A stretch of DNA of 64,000 nucleotides from Deinococcus sp. GTDB lineage: Bacteria; Deinococcota; Deinococci; Deinococcales; Deinococcaceae. The stretch spans positions 2,304,001 through 2,368,000 of the forward strand of contig OZ253375.1 of NCBI GenBank assembly GCA_965261005.1. The letters run 5' to 3'. Every line of letters starts with the position of its first letter. Positions within the stretch are counted from its first letter, which is position 1. Made by a program: the position numbers and the translations under genes. Under the pieces are notes generated by a model, which did no database searches, was not told the DNA's origin, and saw only the letters and a program-made list of their open reading frames with translations. Shown here piece after piece: positions 29,085-38,806 of the stretch.

Positions 29085-30326
29085 GTGAACAAAAGTCGCC
29101 TCGCCGCGCTGACCACGGCCGCCCTGCTCTCGTTCGCCGGCGCCGCCTCGCCCGCCCAGACCGTCTTCGACCAGGTGGCCCGGCTGCTGCAAACCCGCTA
29201 CGGCGGCTTGAGCACCGTGGACCGCGCGAACTTGGTGGCGCAGTATCAGGCCAAGCTCACCACGGCCTGCGCGAGCGACCTGGAAGGCTGCAAGGCGGAC
29301 GTGGCCTACCCCCTCTTGGAGCAGGAGGTGGCCGACTTAAAGGACGCCCACAGCTTCTTCGAGAAGCCCGAGTCCTACGACGACTTCAAGGCCCGCCAAA
29401 GCGGCGCGGCCCGCCTTCAGTACGGCATCAAGCTGGGCAACCTCGACGGCGGCGACCAGGTGATCACCGGCGTGATTCCCGGCAGCGCCGCCTTTGACGC
29501 GGGCCTCAGGCGCGGCGACCGCCTGGTGAGCATAGACGGGCAGAAGTACTCCTACGACGCCCTGCGGGCCAGCCGCGCCAAGGGGACCCCCATCGCGCTG
29601 GGCGTCAAGCGCGGCGACCAAAGCTTGACCGTCCGCCTTCAGGCGCGCGAAAGCTCGTCGAGCGACTTGCCCAGCATCAGCTACGTCGGCGACCTGGGCG
29701 TGCTGAACATTCCCAGCTTTTTGTCGGGCGGCGAGGTGGCCCAGCGGGTTCACGACCTGGTGCGCGAGGCGCAGAACAAGGGGACGCGCGGCCTGCTGGT
29801 GGATTTGCGCGATGACCCCGGCGGCGACCTGGGCGAGTGCGACCTCTCGATCTCGGCCTTTGTGCCCTCCTTTACGCGGGTGGCGCGCAGCGCGAACGGC
29901 GACTCGCCCAGCGTGGTGACCAGCGGCCTGATTCGCAACGGGCGCAACGTGTTCCAGGGCGTGAACAACCCGGCTTTCTGGAACGGGCCGCTGTCGGTGC
30001 TGGTCAACAAAAGCTCGGCGTCGTGCAGCGAGTTCTTCGCGCGCGAAATCCAATTCGCGAAGCGCGGCCAGATCATCGGCGAGCCGACCGCCGGCGTGGG
30101 CAACACCGCGACCATCGTGTTTCCCCTCGACGGGGACGCCGCCCTTCAGCTCACGACCACCCACTACGTCAAGCCGGACGGCACCCCCTACGCCGAGCGC
30201 GTGACCCCGGACGTCGCCTTTACCGACGACTTGGAGCAGCTGGGACGCGGCCAGGACGTGCTGCTGGAAAAGGCGCTGGCAGTACTCAAGTCCGAGATCG
30301 TGGCGGCGCCGGCGGCGGGGCAGTAA
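29085..30326 (+). CDS. S41 family peptidase with PDZ domain
   Basis: Signal peptide, PGSAAFDAGLRRGD, VDLRDDPGG, SASCSEFF and IIGEPTAG. Confidence 0.88.
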   Translation: MNKSRLAALTTAALLSFAGAASPAQTVFDQVARLLQTRYGGLSTVDRANLVAQYQAKLTTACASDLEGCKADVAYPLLEQEVADLKDAHSFFEKPESYDDFKARQSGAARLQYGIKLGNLDGGDQVITGVIPGSAAFDAGLRRGDRLVSIDGQKYSYDALRASRAKGTPIALGVKRGDQSLTVRLQARESSSSDLPSISYVGDLGVLNIPSFLSGGEVAQRVHDLVREAQNKGTRGLLVDLRDDPGGDLGECDLSISAFVPSFTRVARSANGDSPSVVTSGLIRNGRNVFQGVNNPAFWNGPLSVLVNKSSASCSEFFAREIQFAKRGQIIGEPTAGVGNTATIVFPLDGDAALQLTTTHYVKPDGTPYAERVTPDVAFTDDLEQLGRGQDVLLEKALAVLKSEIVAAPAAGQ

Positions 30327-30339
30327 GCAGGGCGGAGGG

Positions 30340-30366
30340 AAAGGGCGGCCCCGGGGCCGCCCTTTT
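30340..30366. terminator. Palindromic, possibly bidirectional terminator
   Basis: AAAGGGCGGCCCC/GGGGCCGCCCTTTT. Confidence 0.7.
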
Positions 30367-30381
30367 GCCATACTGCCCGGC

Positions 30382-31425
30382 ATGAACGACGTGGTGATGG
30401 TGGGGGCGGGTCTCTCGGGGCTGGCGTGTGCGCGCGACCTACAAAGGGCCGGAACAGACGTGCTGCTGCTCGACAAGTCGCGCGGCGTGTCGGGCCGGTC
30501 GGCCACCCGGCGCTGGGACGGGGTGAGGTTCGACCCAACGGCGCAGCAGAGCATGCGCCTCGACCCAACGGCGCAGCAGAGCATGCGCCTCGACCACGGC
30601 GCCCAGTACTTCACGTCGCGCGGCGAGCGGCTGAGCGAATTGGCGCGCGGCTGGGAGCAGGAGGGTTGGCTGCGGGTCTGGTCGCACGGCTTTCCCCTTT
30701 GGAAGAATGGGGAGGTGACGGGGCGGCCCCCCGGCCGGCCGCGCTACGCCCCGCCCGCCGGCATGAGCGCCCTGGGGCGGCACTTGGCGCGCGACCTGAG
30801 CGTGGTGACAGAGGCGCCGGTCTCGTCGCTGTCGCGCATGCCCGGCGGCTGGCGCGTGCATGTCCAGGACGGGCGCGCGTTCGAGGCGGCGGCCGTGCTG
30901 CTCAGCTTGCCCGCCCCGCAGCTGGCCCCGCTGCTGGACGCTTTGCCGCTGGGCGACGCGGGAATGGACCTCGATAGGGTGCGCTTCGAGCCGACCTGGA
31001 CCTTGCTGCTGGAGTTGGAGCGTGACCTGGACGTGAGTTGGCCCGCGCTGGAAAGCGAGCACGAGGTTGTGCGTCTGGTCAGCCGCGACCACACCAAGCG
31101 GTGGGCGGGCGCCCCGCCCACCCTCGTCGTCCACGCGGCCGGCGGGTGGAGCCGAGACCACCTGGAGGACGGCCGGGAAACGGTCGAGCGTGCCATGCTG
31201 AGCGCGCTGCGCGAGGTGGTGGGCGACTTCGTGCCGCGCCGCGCCCAGGTCCACCGCTGGCGCTTCGCCACGCCCACGGTCTTTTTCCCGCGCGCCTGCC
31301 ATTGGGACCCCGCCCTGCGCCTGGGCTGGTGCGGCGATTGGTGCGCCGAGGACCCCAGGGCGGGCGCCAAGGTCGAGGGCGCCCTCAAGAGCGGCTGGAG
31401 CCTGGCGGCGCTGGTGGGAAGCTGA
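30382..31425 (+). CDS. NAD(P)/FAD-dependent oxidoreductase (renalase-like) with an in-frame 60-bp insertion
   Basis: VGAGLSGL, DKSRGVSGRSATRR, DHGAQYF, HRWRFA and CGDW..VEGA..SG. Confidence 0.88.
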   Translation: MNDVVMVGAGLSGLACARDLQRAGTDVLLLDKSRGVSGRSATRRWDGVRFDPTAQQSMRLDPTAQQSMRLDHGAQYFTSRGERLSELARGWEQEGWLRVWSHGFPLWKNGEVTGRPPGRPRYAPPAGMSALGRHLARDLSVVTEAPVSSLSRMPGGWRVHVQDGRAFEAAAVLLSLPAPQLAPLLDALPLGDAGMDLDRVRFEPTWTLLLELERDLDVSWPALESEHEVVRLVSRDHTKRWAGAPPTLVVHAAGGWSRDHLEDGRETVERAMLSALREVVGDFVPRRAQVHRWRFATPTVFFPRACHWDPALRLGWCGDWCAEDPRAGAKVEGALKSGWSLAALVGS

Positions 31426-31546
31426 TACGACCGGGTGCAGGCGTTCGGCGCCAAATTTATGAAAAAGCAAAGCGGCTGTCCACAGGACTGACGCATCTTG
31501 GTTTCTTGTCCTGAACGCGCTCACCGTGTTGAACACAGCGTTGTCA

Positions 31547-31744
31547 TACGAACTCAAGATGAGTCGAAGACGAATCTGAGCGGGCAGGCCCCATACGGGT
31601 GCCGTTCTGCCCAAGACGCGGGCAGGCCCGGAAGGTGCCGTTCTGCCCAAGACGCGGAGTGAGTGTAAGGAAGCACGGGATGGCGACGATGGACACCTCT
31701 GTTGGTGCTTTTCCAACATGGATTGGAATCAAAGCAATCCGGTA
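31547..31744 (+). mobile_element. Miniature repeat/MITE family A; copy with two internal modules (198 bp including TA ends)
   Basis: Aligns with the reverse complements of 40090-40213 and 57692-57851; TACG..(C/G)GTA ends. Confidence 0.85.
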
Positions 31745-31911
31745 TAACTCGGTAACGACTTCCTTTTTGCTCAGCAGGGCTTTCAAAACTTTGCGGGACC
31801 CGAATGGCCGTTGTGAACTTAGCCCGCTATCAAGAGTGACGCTGTACTTCTTTCGGTTGTCCGAAGTTTAGATGCGTTAGCCTTGGCTCATGAAGCCGCC
31901 GAGGGCCGCGT

Positions 31912-33114
31912 TTAGCCTTTTAGCAGCAGCGCCTCGACCTCGTCGCCGACCTCCACCCGCTCACCTTCTGGCACAACCACCAGCGCGCCGCTTTCCGAGA
32001 GGCTGCGCAGCACGCCCGAGTTCTGCTTGGGGTAGGCCATGACCTCGCCGCCCCGAACCACGCCGCGCGCGAAGACCGTCTTGTCGGGGGGGGCGCTAAA
32101 GGCGCTGCCGGCGCGCAGCCGGACCGTTCTGGGCGCCTGCCCGCTCAGGGCCGGCTTCACGATCAGCTCGAACACCAAGAGGGCGCTGACCGGGTTGCCG
32201 GGCAAGCCGAACAGCGGCAGGCCGTCCCAGGTGCCGCAGATGGCCGGGCCGCCCGGCCGCATGCGAACCTTCCAGTAAGCGACCGTTCCCCGCTCCATCA
32301 GCAGGTCGCGCACGAAGTCGTAGTTGCCCATGCTGACCCCACCCGAGGTCAGCAGCAGGTCGGCGCCGCCCGCCTGACGCAAAGCGTCCGTCAGCGCCTC
32401 TGGCCGGTCGGGCACTTGGCCGAGGTCCAGCGGCTCGTGTCCCGCTTCCCGCAACGCGCCGATCAGGCCGTAGACGTTCGCGTTGTAGACGTGTCCCCTC
32501 GGCAGCGGCTCGCCGGGCGGGGTCAATTCGTCGCCGGTGGACAGCAGCGCCACCCGCAACGCCTTGTGCACCGGCACCTGGGCGTACCCGAGGGCCGCCG
32601 CCAAGGCCACCCGCGCCGGCGTGAGCATTTGTCCCGCGCGCAGCACCACCTCGCCCGCCCGAAAGTCCTGCCCCGCCCGCCGCACGTCCCCCGGAAAGGC
32701 GGGGCGCAGCAGCAGCACGCCTTCAGCGTCCTCGCGCAGCTGCTCGACCGGGCAGATGGCGTCCGCGCCCGCCGGCACGGGGGCGCCGGTGTAAATTCTC
32801 GCGGCCTGACCGGGACCGACCGCGCCGCCGTAAGGCGCCCCGGCCCGCGCCTCACCCACCAGCCGCAGCCGCACGGGCTGCTCGGGGCTGGCACCCAAGG
32901 TGTCCGCCTCGCGGCAAGCGATCCCGTCCAGGGCGCTGTCGTCGTCGGTGGGGTGGCTGACCAGGGCGGGAAGGTCGGCGGCCAGGGTGCGGCCGTAGGC
33001 GTCCGTCAGGGGCACCTGCTCGCTGGGGCGGGGGGGCAGCAGGGCCGCGAACAGGGCGCGCGCCCCCTCGACGCTGACGAACATAGGAAAGTCGGGTACG
33101 GGAAAGTCGGGCAT
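31912..33114 (-). CDS. moeA: Molybdopterin molybdotransferase
   Basis: SALDG, RIYTGAPVPAGAD, STGDEL, TSGGVSMG and GLPGNPVS. Confidence 0.93.
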   Translation of the reverse strand: MPDFPVPDFPMFVSVEGARALFAALLPPRPSEQVPLTDAYGRTLAADLPALVSHPTDDDSALDGIACREADTLGASPEQPVRLRLVGEARAGAPYGGAVGPGQAARIYTGAPVPAGADAICPVEQLREDAEGVLLLRPAFPGDVRRAGQDFRAGEVVLRAGQMLTPARVALAAALGYAQVPVHKALRVALLSTGDELTPPGEPLPRGHVYNANVYGLIGALREAGHEPLDLGQVPDRPEALTDALRQAGGADLLLTSGGVSMGNYDFVRDLLMERGTVAYWKVRMRPGGPAICGTWDGLPLFGLPGNPVSALLVFELIVKPALSGQAPRTVRLRAGSAFSAPPDKTVFARGVVRGGEVMAYPKQNSGVLRSLSESGALVVVPEGERVEVGDEVEALLLKG

Positions 33115-33142
33115 GGCTCAGCAAAGCACACGCCCGCCCGCC

Positions 33143-34678
33143 TCACGCTGGGCTTTGTCCCGAAGTCGGGGTCGGCGCCGGGTCGTCCACGCCGGCCGGC
33201 CGGCCTTCCAGCAGCGCCTCCACGGCGCCGAGGGGACCCCGCAGGTCCAGGCTTTTCAGCGCGGCCAGGTAAGCGTCCCGGAAGCGCCCGTTCTCGCCCA
33301 AGTCGCCGAAGACCTCTTCCAAATCCAGAAAGGCGCCCGGTTGCTTCAGGTCGCGGCGGGCCGCCGCCGCCAGCATGTCCGCGCGCTGGTCTTGCAGGGG
33401 TGGAAAGCGTCCGTCGGCGCTTGTCGCCTCGGCGACGTAGGCGCGCCAGGACGCCACCACTAGGGCGGCGTGTTTGACCTCGCCGCCCTCCGCCAACTGG
33501 TCGCGCACGACCGGCAGCAGGAACTTGGGAATGCGCTCCGAGCCGTCGAAGATCAGGCGGGCCAAGGTGTCCTTGATGGCGGCGTTGGAGAAGCGCGCGA
33601 TCAGCTCACGTTGGTAGCCGCCGAGATCAATGCCGGGCACGGGCCGCAGGGTGGGCGTGGCCTCGTCCTGCATGTACGACAGCAAAAAGCGCGCGAACGG
33701 CGGGTTTTGGCACGCCTCATGAACGTAGGTGGAGCCGGCCAGCAAACCCAGGTAGCCCACCGCTTGGTGGGCGGCGTTGAGCAGCCGCAGCTTCATCAGC
33801 TCGTAGGGTTCGACGTCCCCCACCACCTGCACGCCCACCTTCTCCAGCGGCGGCCGTCCCAAGGTGAAGTGGTCTTCGAGGACCCACTGGGTAAAGCTCT
33901 CCGCCACGACCGGCCAGGCATCCTCTAGGCCGTACTCCGCCGCGATCTCGCGGCGGTCCTCGTCCGTGGTCGCGGGCGTGATGCGGTCCACCATCGAGTT
34001 CGGAAAGGCCACGTTCTGGGCGATCCATTCCCCCAGGTCGGGGTCTTTCAAGCGGGCAAAGGCGCTCAGCACCCGTCCCGTGACGTGGCCGTTGCCCTGG
34101 ATGTTGTCGCACGACATCACCGTGAAGGGGGCGTGGCCGCGCTCGCGGCGCCGGCGCAGCCCCTCGGTCATCAGGCCGAAGACCGTTCTCGGCACGGCGC
34201 CCGGCGTCAGGTCATGCGCGATGGCCTCGCCCGTGGGATCAAATTCTCCGGTCGCGTTGTTGACGCTGTAGCCGCCCTCGGTGACGGTCAGCGAGACGAT
34301 GCGGGTGGCCGGGTCGGCGAGCTTTTCGATCACCCGCTCGGGGTCGTCGGGGGCGAACAGGTACTCGGCGATGGAGCCGATCACCCTGGCTTCCTCCTGT
34401 CCTTCCGGCGAGCGGGTGACCAAGGTGTAGAGGTTGTCCTGACCCTCCAGCACGTCGCGCATGCGCGCGTCAGATGGCAGGACGCCCACGCCGCAGATCG
34501 CCCACTCGGTGCTCCGACCCGTATTCAAGAGCCGGTCCAGGTACATGGCTTGGTGCGAGCGGTGAAAGGCGCCCACGCCGAAGTGGACGATGCCCACCGA
34601 CAGTTCGCGCGGGTCGTAGCTTGGCACGGCCACCGCCGAATCCAGGGCGGACAAGGTGGATAAGCTGAGTTTGACCAT
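33143..34678 (-). CDS. Mannitol dehydrogenase family protein
   Basis: IVHFGVGAFHRSHQA, SLTVTEGGY, SCDN, FPNSMVDRITP and MKLRLLNAAH. Confidence 0.92.
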   Translation of the reverse strand: MVKLSLSTLSALDSAVAVPSYDPRELSVGIVHFGVGAFHRSHQAMYLDRLLNTGRSTEWAICGVGVLPSDARMRDVLEGQDNLYTLVTRSPEGQEEARVIGSIAEYLFAPDDPERVIEKLADPATRIVSLTVTEGGYSVNNATGEFDPTGEAIAHDLTPGAVPRTVFGLMTEGLRRRRERGHAPFTVMSCDNIQGNGHVTGRVLSAFARLKDPDLGEWIAQNVAFPNSMVDRITPATTDEDRREIAAEYGLEDAWPVVAESFTQWVLEDHFTLGRPPLEKVGVQVVGDVEPYELMKLRLLNAAHQAVGYLGLLAGSTYVHEACQNPPFARFLLSYMQDEATPTLRPVPGIDLGGYQRELIARFSNAAIKDTLARLIFDGSERIPKFLLPVVRDQLAEGGEVKHAALVVASWRAYVAEATSADGRFPPLQDQRADMLAAAARRDLKQPGAFLDLEEVFGDLGENGRFRDAYLAALKSLDLRGPLGAVEALLEGRPAGVDDPAPTPTSGQSPA

Positions 34679-34713
34679 GAATGGGCCTCCCAAAAGACCT
34701 GAACCTGCGGCGT

Positions 34714-35355
34714 TCAGTCCAGGAGTTCAATGATGAGGTCGGCGCGTGAGCGGGCGCCCCGGATCAGCTCGGCGTTGGGTTGATCCACCCCGGTCGCCCA
34801 CGCCTCGGCCTCGCGGCGGGACCGGCCGTGGGCCTCGTGGCGCCGCACCAATCGGGGCAGGCGCACCTCGTCGGGGAGGTCGAGAAACCACACCGTGTCG
34901 AGGCTCGCCCGGACCTTCGCCCACGCGCCGTCTTCTAACAGCAGATAGTTGCCCTCGGTGACGACCAGCGGCGTCTTCGCGAACACCGGAACGGCGCTCC
35001 CAATGCTCTCCTCAAGGTCGCGGTCGAAGCGGGGAGCGTAGACCGTCTTACTGGCCCCGCGCAGCCGCTTCAAGAGCGCCGCGTAACCGCCCGCGTCGAA
35101 GGTGTCCGGCGCCCCCTTGCGCCCGCGCCGGCCGAGGCGCTCCAGCTCCTGGTTCGCCAGGTGGAAGCCGTCCATGCCGACCACCGCCACGTCCCCGCCA
35201 AGAGAGCGGGCGATCAGGGCGCACAGGCTGGACTTGCCCGCGCCGGGCGCCCCCGTGACGCCCAGCAGGCGCCGCTCTCCCGGAACGATCAGCGCCCGCA
35301 CCCGGTCCATGAGGTCGGCGCCGGTGATCTGGTGGCTGGGCGGGGAAGGGGCCAT
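34714..35355 (-). CDS. P-loop kinase (YggC/FrcK-like nucleoside or sugar kinase family)
   Basis: GAPGAGKSS, MDGFH, RKGAPDTFD and TEGNYLL. Confidence 0.85.
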   Translation of the reverse strand: MAPSPPSHQITGADLMDRVRALIVPGERRLLGVTGAPGAGKSSLCALIARSLGGDVAVVGMDGFHLANQELERLGRRGRKGAPDTFDAGGYAALLKRLRGASKTVYAPRFDRDLEESIGSAVPVFAKTPLVVTEGNYLLLEDGAWAKVRASLDTVWFLDLPDEVRLPRLVRRHEAHGRSRREAEAWATGVDQPNAELIRGARSRADLIIELLD

Positions 35356-35363
35356 GCGTGAGC

Positions 35364-36217
35364 TTACTTGACGGCCCCGAAAGTCAAACCGCGCACCAGT
35401 TGGCGCTGGGCGATCCAACCGAAGATCATCGCCGGCAGCACCGTCAGGGTGGCGGCGGCCGACATCTGCGCCCAGAACAACCCCTCGGAGGTCTTAAAGG
35501 AGCTGATAAAAACCGACAAGGGCGCGGCCTGGGCCGAGGTCAGGTTCAGCGCAAAGAACACCTCGTTCCACGCGAAGATGATGGCCAAGAGGGCGGTCGC
35601 GGCGATGCCAGGGGTCGAGAGCGGCAGGGCCAACCTGAAGAACTCCTGCGCGGTGCTGGCCCCGTCCACCTTGGCGGCCTCGAAGATGCCGAAGGGAATC
35701 TCGTTCATGTACGAGTGCATCATCCACAGGACCAGCGGTAAATTGAAGGTCGTGTACATCAAAATCAGGCCCGGCAGGGTGTCGAGCAAGTTCAAATCCC
35801 GGAACAGCAAAAAGAGCGGCACGATCACGCCGACGGCGGGCATCATCTTGGTCGAGAGCGCCCAGACCAGGGTATTGCGCGCCCGCTTGGTGGGGTAGAT
35901 CGCCAGGGCGAAGGCGGCGGGCAATCCCAGTACAAAGGCGAGAATGGTCGAGCCGAGCGAGGCGATCAGCGAGTTGCCCAGCGCCGGCCCGTAGCCCGTG
36001 AGCGCGCGCGAGAAGTTCTCCAAAATGGGCCTGAAGCTGAACACCGGCGGGACGGCGAAGGCCTGCGCCTCGGTCTTGAAGGCGGCCAGCACCATCCACA
36101 GAATCGGAAAAAAGAAGACAAAGGTGAGCAGGTACGCCAAGACGGTCAGAATGGCGCCCTGCGGCTTCCAGCGCCGCTGAGGCCGCGAGGGGGCGGCGGC
36201 GCGTGAGGGCAAGACGG

Positions 36218-36221
<4 letters not shown>
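35364..36221 (-). CDS. Carbohydrate ABC permease (MtlG/SmoG-like)
   Basis: EAAKVDGA loop, AWNE.FFA and QRQLVRGLTFGAVK. Confidence 0.92.
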
Positions 36222-37135
<914 letters not shown>

Positions 37136-37160
37136 GAAAACCTCCCAAAGAAGACCCGAA

Positions 37161-37198
37161 AGAAAAAACTTGGGCCGCATGTCAAGCGCTGCGGCCCA
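37161..37198 (-). terminator. Hairpin plus T-run after the binding-protein gene (partial terminator)
   Basis: TGGGCCGCA-N10-TGCGGCCCA then AGTTTTTTCT on the minus strand. Confidence 0.55.
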
Positions 37199-37222
37199 TG
37201 CTCACTGCTGACGTCCTACGGC

Positions 37223-38620
37223 TTACTTTTGGTAGCCGCCGTCCTTGGCGACCTTTTGGGCGGCGGCCTGCGCCTGTGCCTGCGCCTGCGCGACGGTGGT
37301 CTGGCCGCTCAGCGCGCCGGCCAGGTATTGGCCGACCTGGGTGCCGAGGGCCTGGAACTCGGGAATCGAAACGTACTGCACGCCGGTGTAGGGCACCGGG
37401 TCCTTGGTGGCGTTGTTGACGTCGGCGGTATTGATGCTGTTGAGGACCAAGCTGCTAAAGGCGCCGGCGGCCTTTTTGTAGTTGGGGTTTTTGTAGGTGC
37501 TGCTGCGGGTGCCGGGAGGCACCGAGGCCCAGGTCCCCTTGGTCTTGGCGACCAGGGCGATGTACTCGGGGCTGGTGGCCCAGGTGATGAACTTGAAGGC
37601 GTCCGCTTCCCGCTTGCTGCTCTTGGGAATGGCCAAATTCCACGACCAGAACCAGTTGCTGCCCTTCGGCGTGGTGCCGACCGGCGCCTTGGCGAAGCCC
37701 ACCGTGTTCACGATCTTGGAGCTGGACGGGTCACTCAGGAAGCCCGCCGCCACGGTGGCGTCCACCCACATGCCACACTTGCCTTGGCTCATCAAGGTGA
37801 GGTTCTCGGTGAAGCCGTTGGAGGTGGCGCCGGGAGGGCCGTACTTCTTCATCAAATTGACGTAGAAGTTCATGGCCTTGGTCCAGGCCGGGCTGCTCAC
37901 CTGGGCTTGCCAGTTGTTGTCGTACCAGCGCCCGCCGAAGGTATTCACCATGGTGCTGAAGAGCGCCATGTTCTCGCCCCAACCGGGCAGACCGCGCAGG
38001 CAGATGCCGTAGACGCCGCCCTTTGGATTGTTGATCTTGGCGGCGTAGCCTTCGATCTGGTTCCAGGTGGGGCTTCGCGGCATGGTCAGCCCGGCCTTCT
38101 TAAACAGAGCCTTGTTGTAATACGTCATGCTGCTCTCGGCGTAAAAGGGCACGGCGTACAAATTGCCGTTGACGGTCAGCGCCTTGCGTACCGCAGGAAC
38201 CATGTCGTTCAAGTTGTAGTCCGCCGCAACGCCCGTGTTTTTGGAGAATTCCGGCGTGAGGGGGGCGAGCCAGCCGTTCTTGTCCCAGACCGGCACCTCG
38301 TTCTTGGCGAACTTCGGGGTGAGGGGGATGAGCCAGTCGTTCTTGGCCCAGATCGGCACTTCGTAGACGCCCACGGTCACCACGTCGAAGCTGCCCGCGC
38401 CACTGGCGACGTCCAACGTGACCTTTTGACGCAGCTCATTTTCCGGCAGCACTACCCACTTGACGGTGATGTCCGGATACTTCTTGTTGAACTTTGGGGT
38501 CAGCTTTTGCATGGTCACCATGTCTGGGTTGTTGACCGTGGCAATGGTGATGGTGCTTCGGGCGAGGGCGGCGCCCGACCCGAGGGCCAAGGCGGCGAGC
38601 AAGAACTTTGCGTGTTTCAT
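37223..38620 (-). CDS. Polyol/sugar ABC substrate-binding protein (MtlE/SmoE-like) with an internal 21-aa duplication
   Basis: TIATVNNPDM, PFYAESS, GICLRGLPGWGENMA and VPYTGVQYVSIPEFQ. Confidence 0.92.
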   Translation of the reverse strand: MKHAKFLLAALALGSGAALARSTITIATVNNPDMVTMQKLTPKFNKKYPDITVKWVVLPENELRQKVTLDVASGAGSFDVVTVGVYEVPIWAKNDWLIPLTPKFAKNEVPVWDKNGWLAPLTPEFSKNTGVAADYNLNDMVPAVRKALTVNGNLYAVPFYAESSMTYYNKALFKKAGLTMPRSPTWNQIEGYAAKINNPKGGVYGICLRGLPGWGENMALFSTMVNTFGGRWYDNNWQAQVSSPAWTKAMNFYVNLMKKYGPPGATSNGFTENLTLMSQGKCGMWVDATVAAGFLSDPSSSKIVNTVGFAKAPVGTTPKGSNWFWSWNLAIPKSSKREADAFKFITWATSPEYIALVAKTKGTWASVPPGTRSSTYKNPNYKKAAGAFSSLVLNSINTADVNNATKDPVPYTGVQYVSIPEFQALGTQVGQYLAGALSGQTTVAQAQAQAQAAAQKVAKDGGYQK

Positions 38621-38728
38621 AGCTTCCTCCTGAAGAGGCGGCGAGACCGGGTAGAAAGACCGCATAAAAAAGTCTATAAGTGGTCACTCGCACTCCTCAA
38701 GTATGATGGCAGTTCATAACGCTCTTGT

Positions 38729-38746
38729 GATGGCCACGAGGCCATC
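38729..38746. promoter_or_regulatory. Candidate LacI-family operator
   Basis: GATGGCCA-CG-AGGCCATC, a near-perfect palindrome with central CG between the operon and the divergent lacI-family gene. Confidence 0.55.
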
Positions 38747-38806
38747 GTGTAGGTGGGCAGTTGATCTTTGTCCAGATCCACTTCGGCGCTCGCCTATACT
38801 GCCCGT

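Noticed and set aside
31583..31656. Two 36-38 bp palindromic repeats resembling a CRISPR mini-array
   Set aside because: The units are directly adjacent with no spacer, lie inside a dispersed repeat, and no cas genes are present
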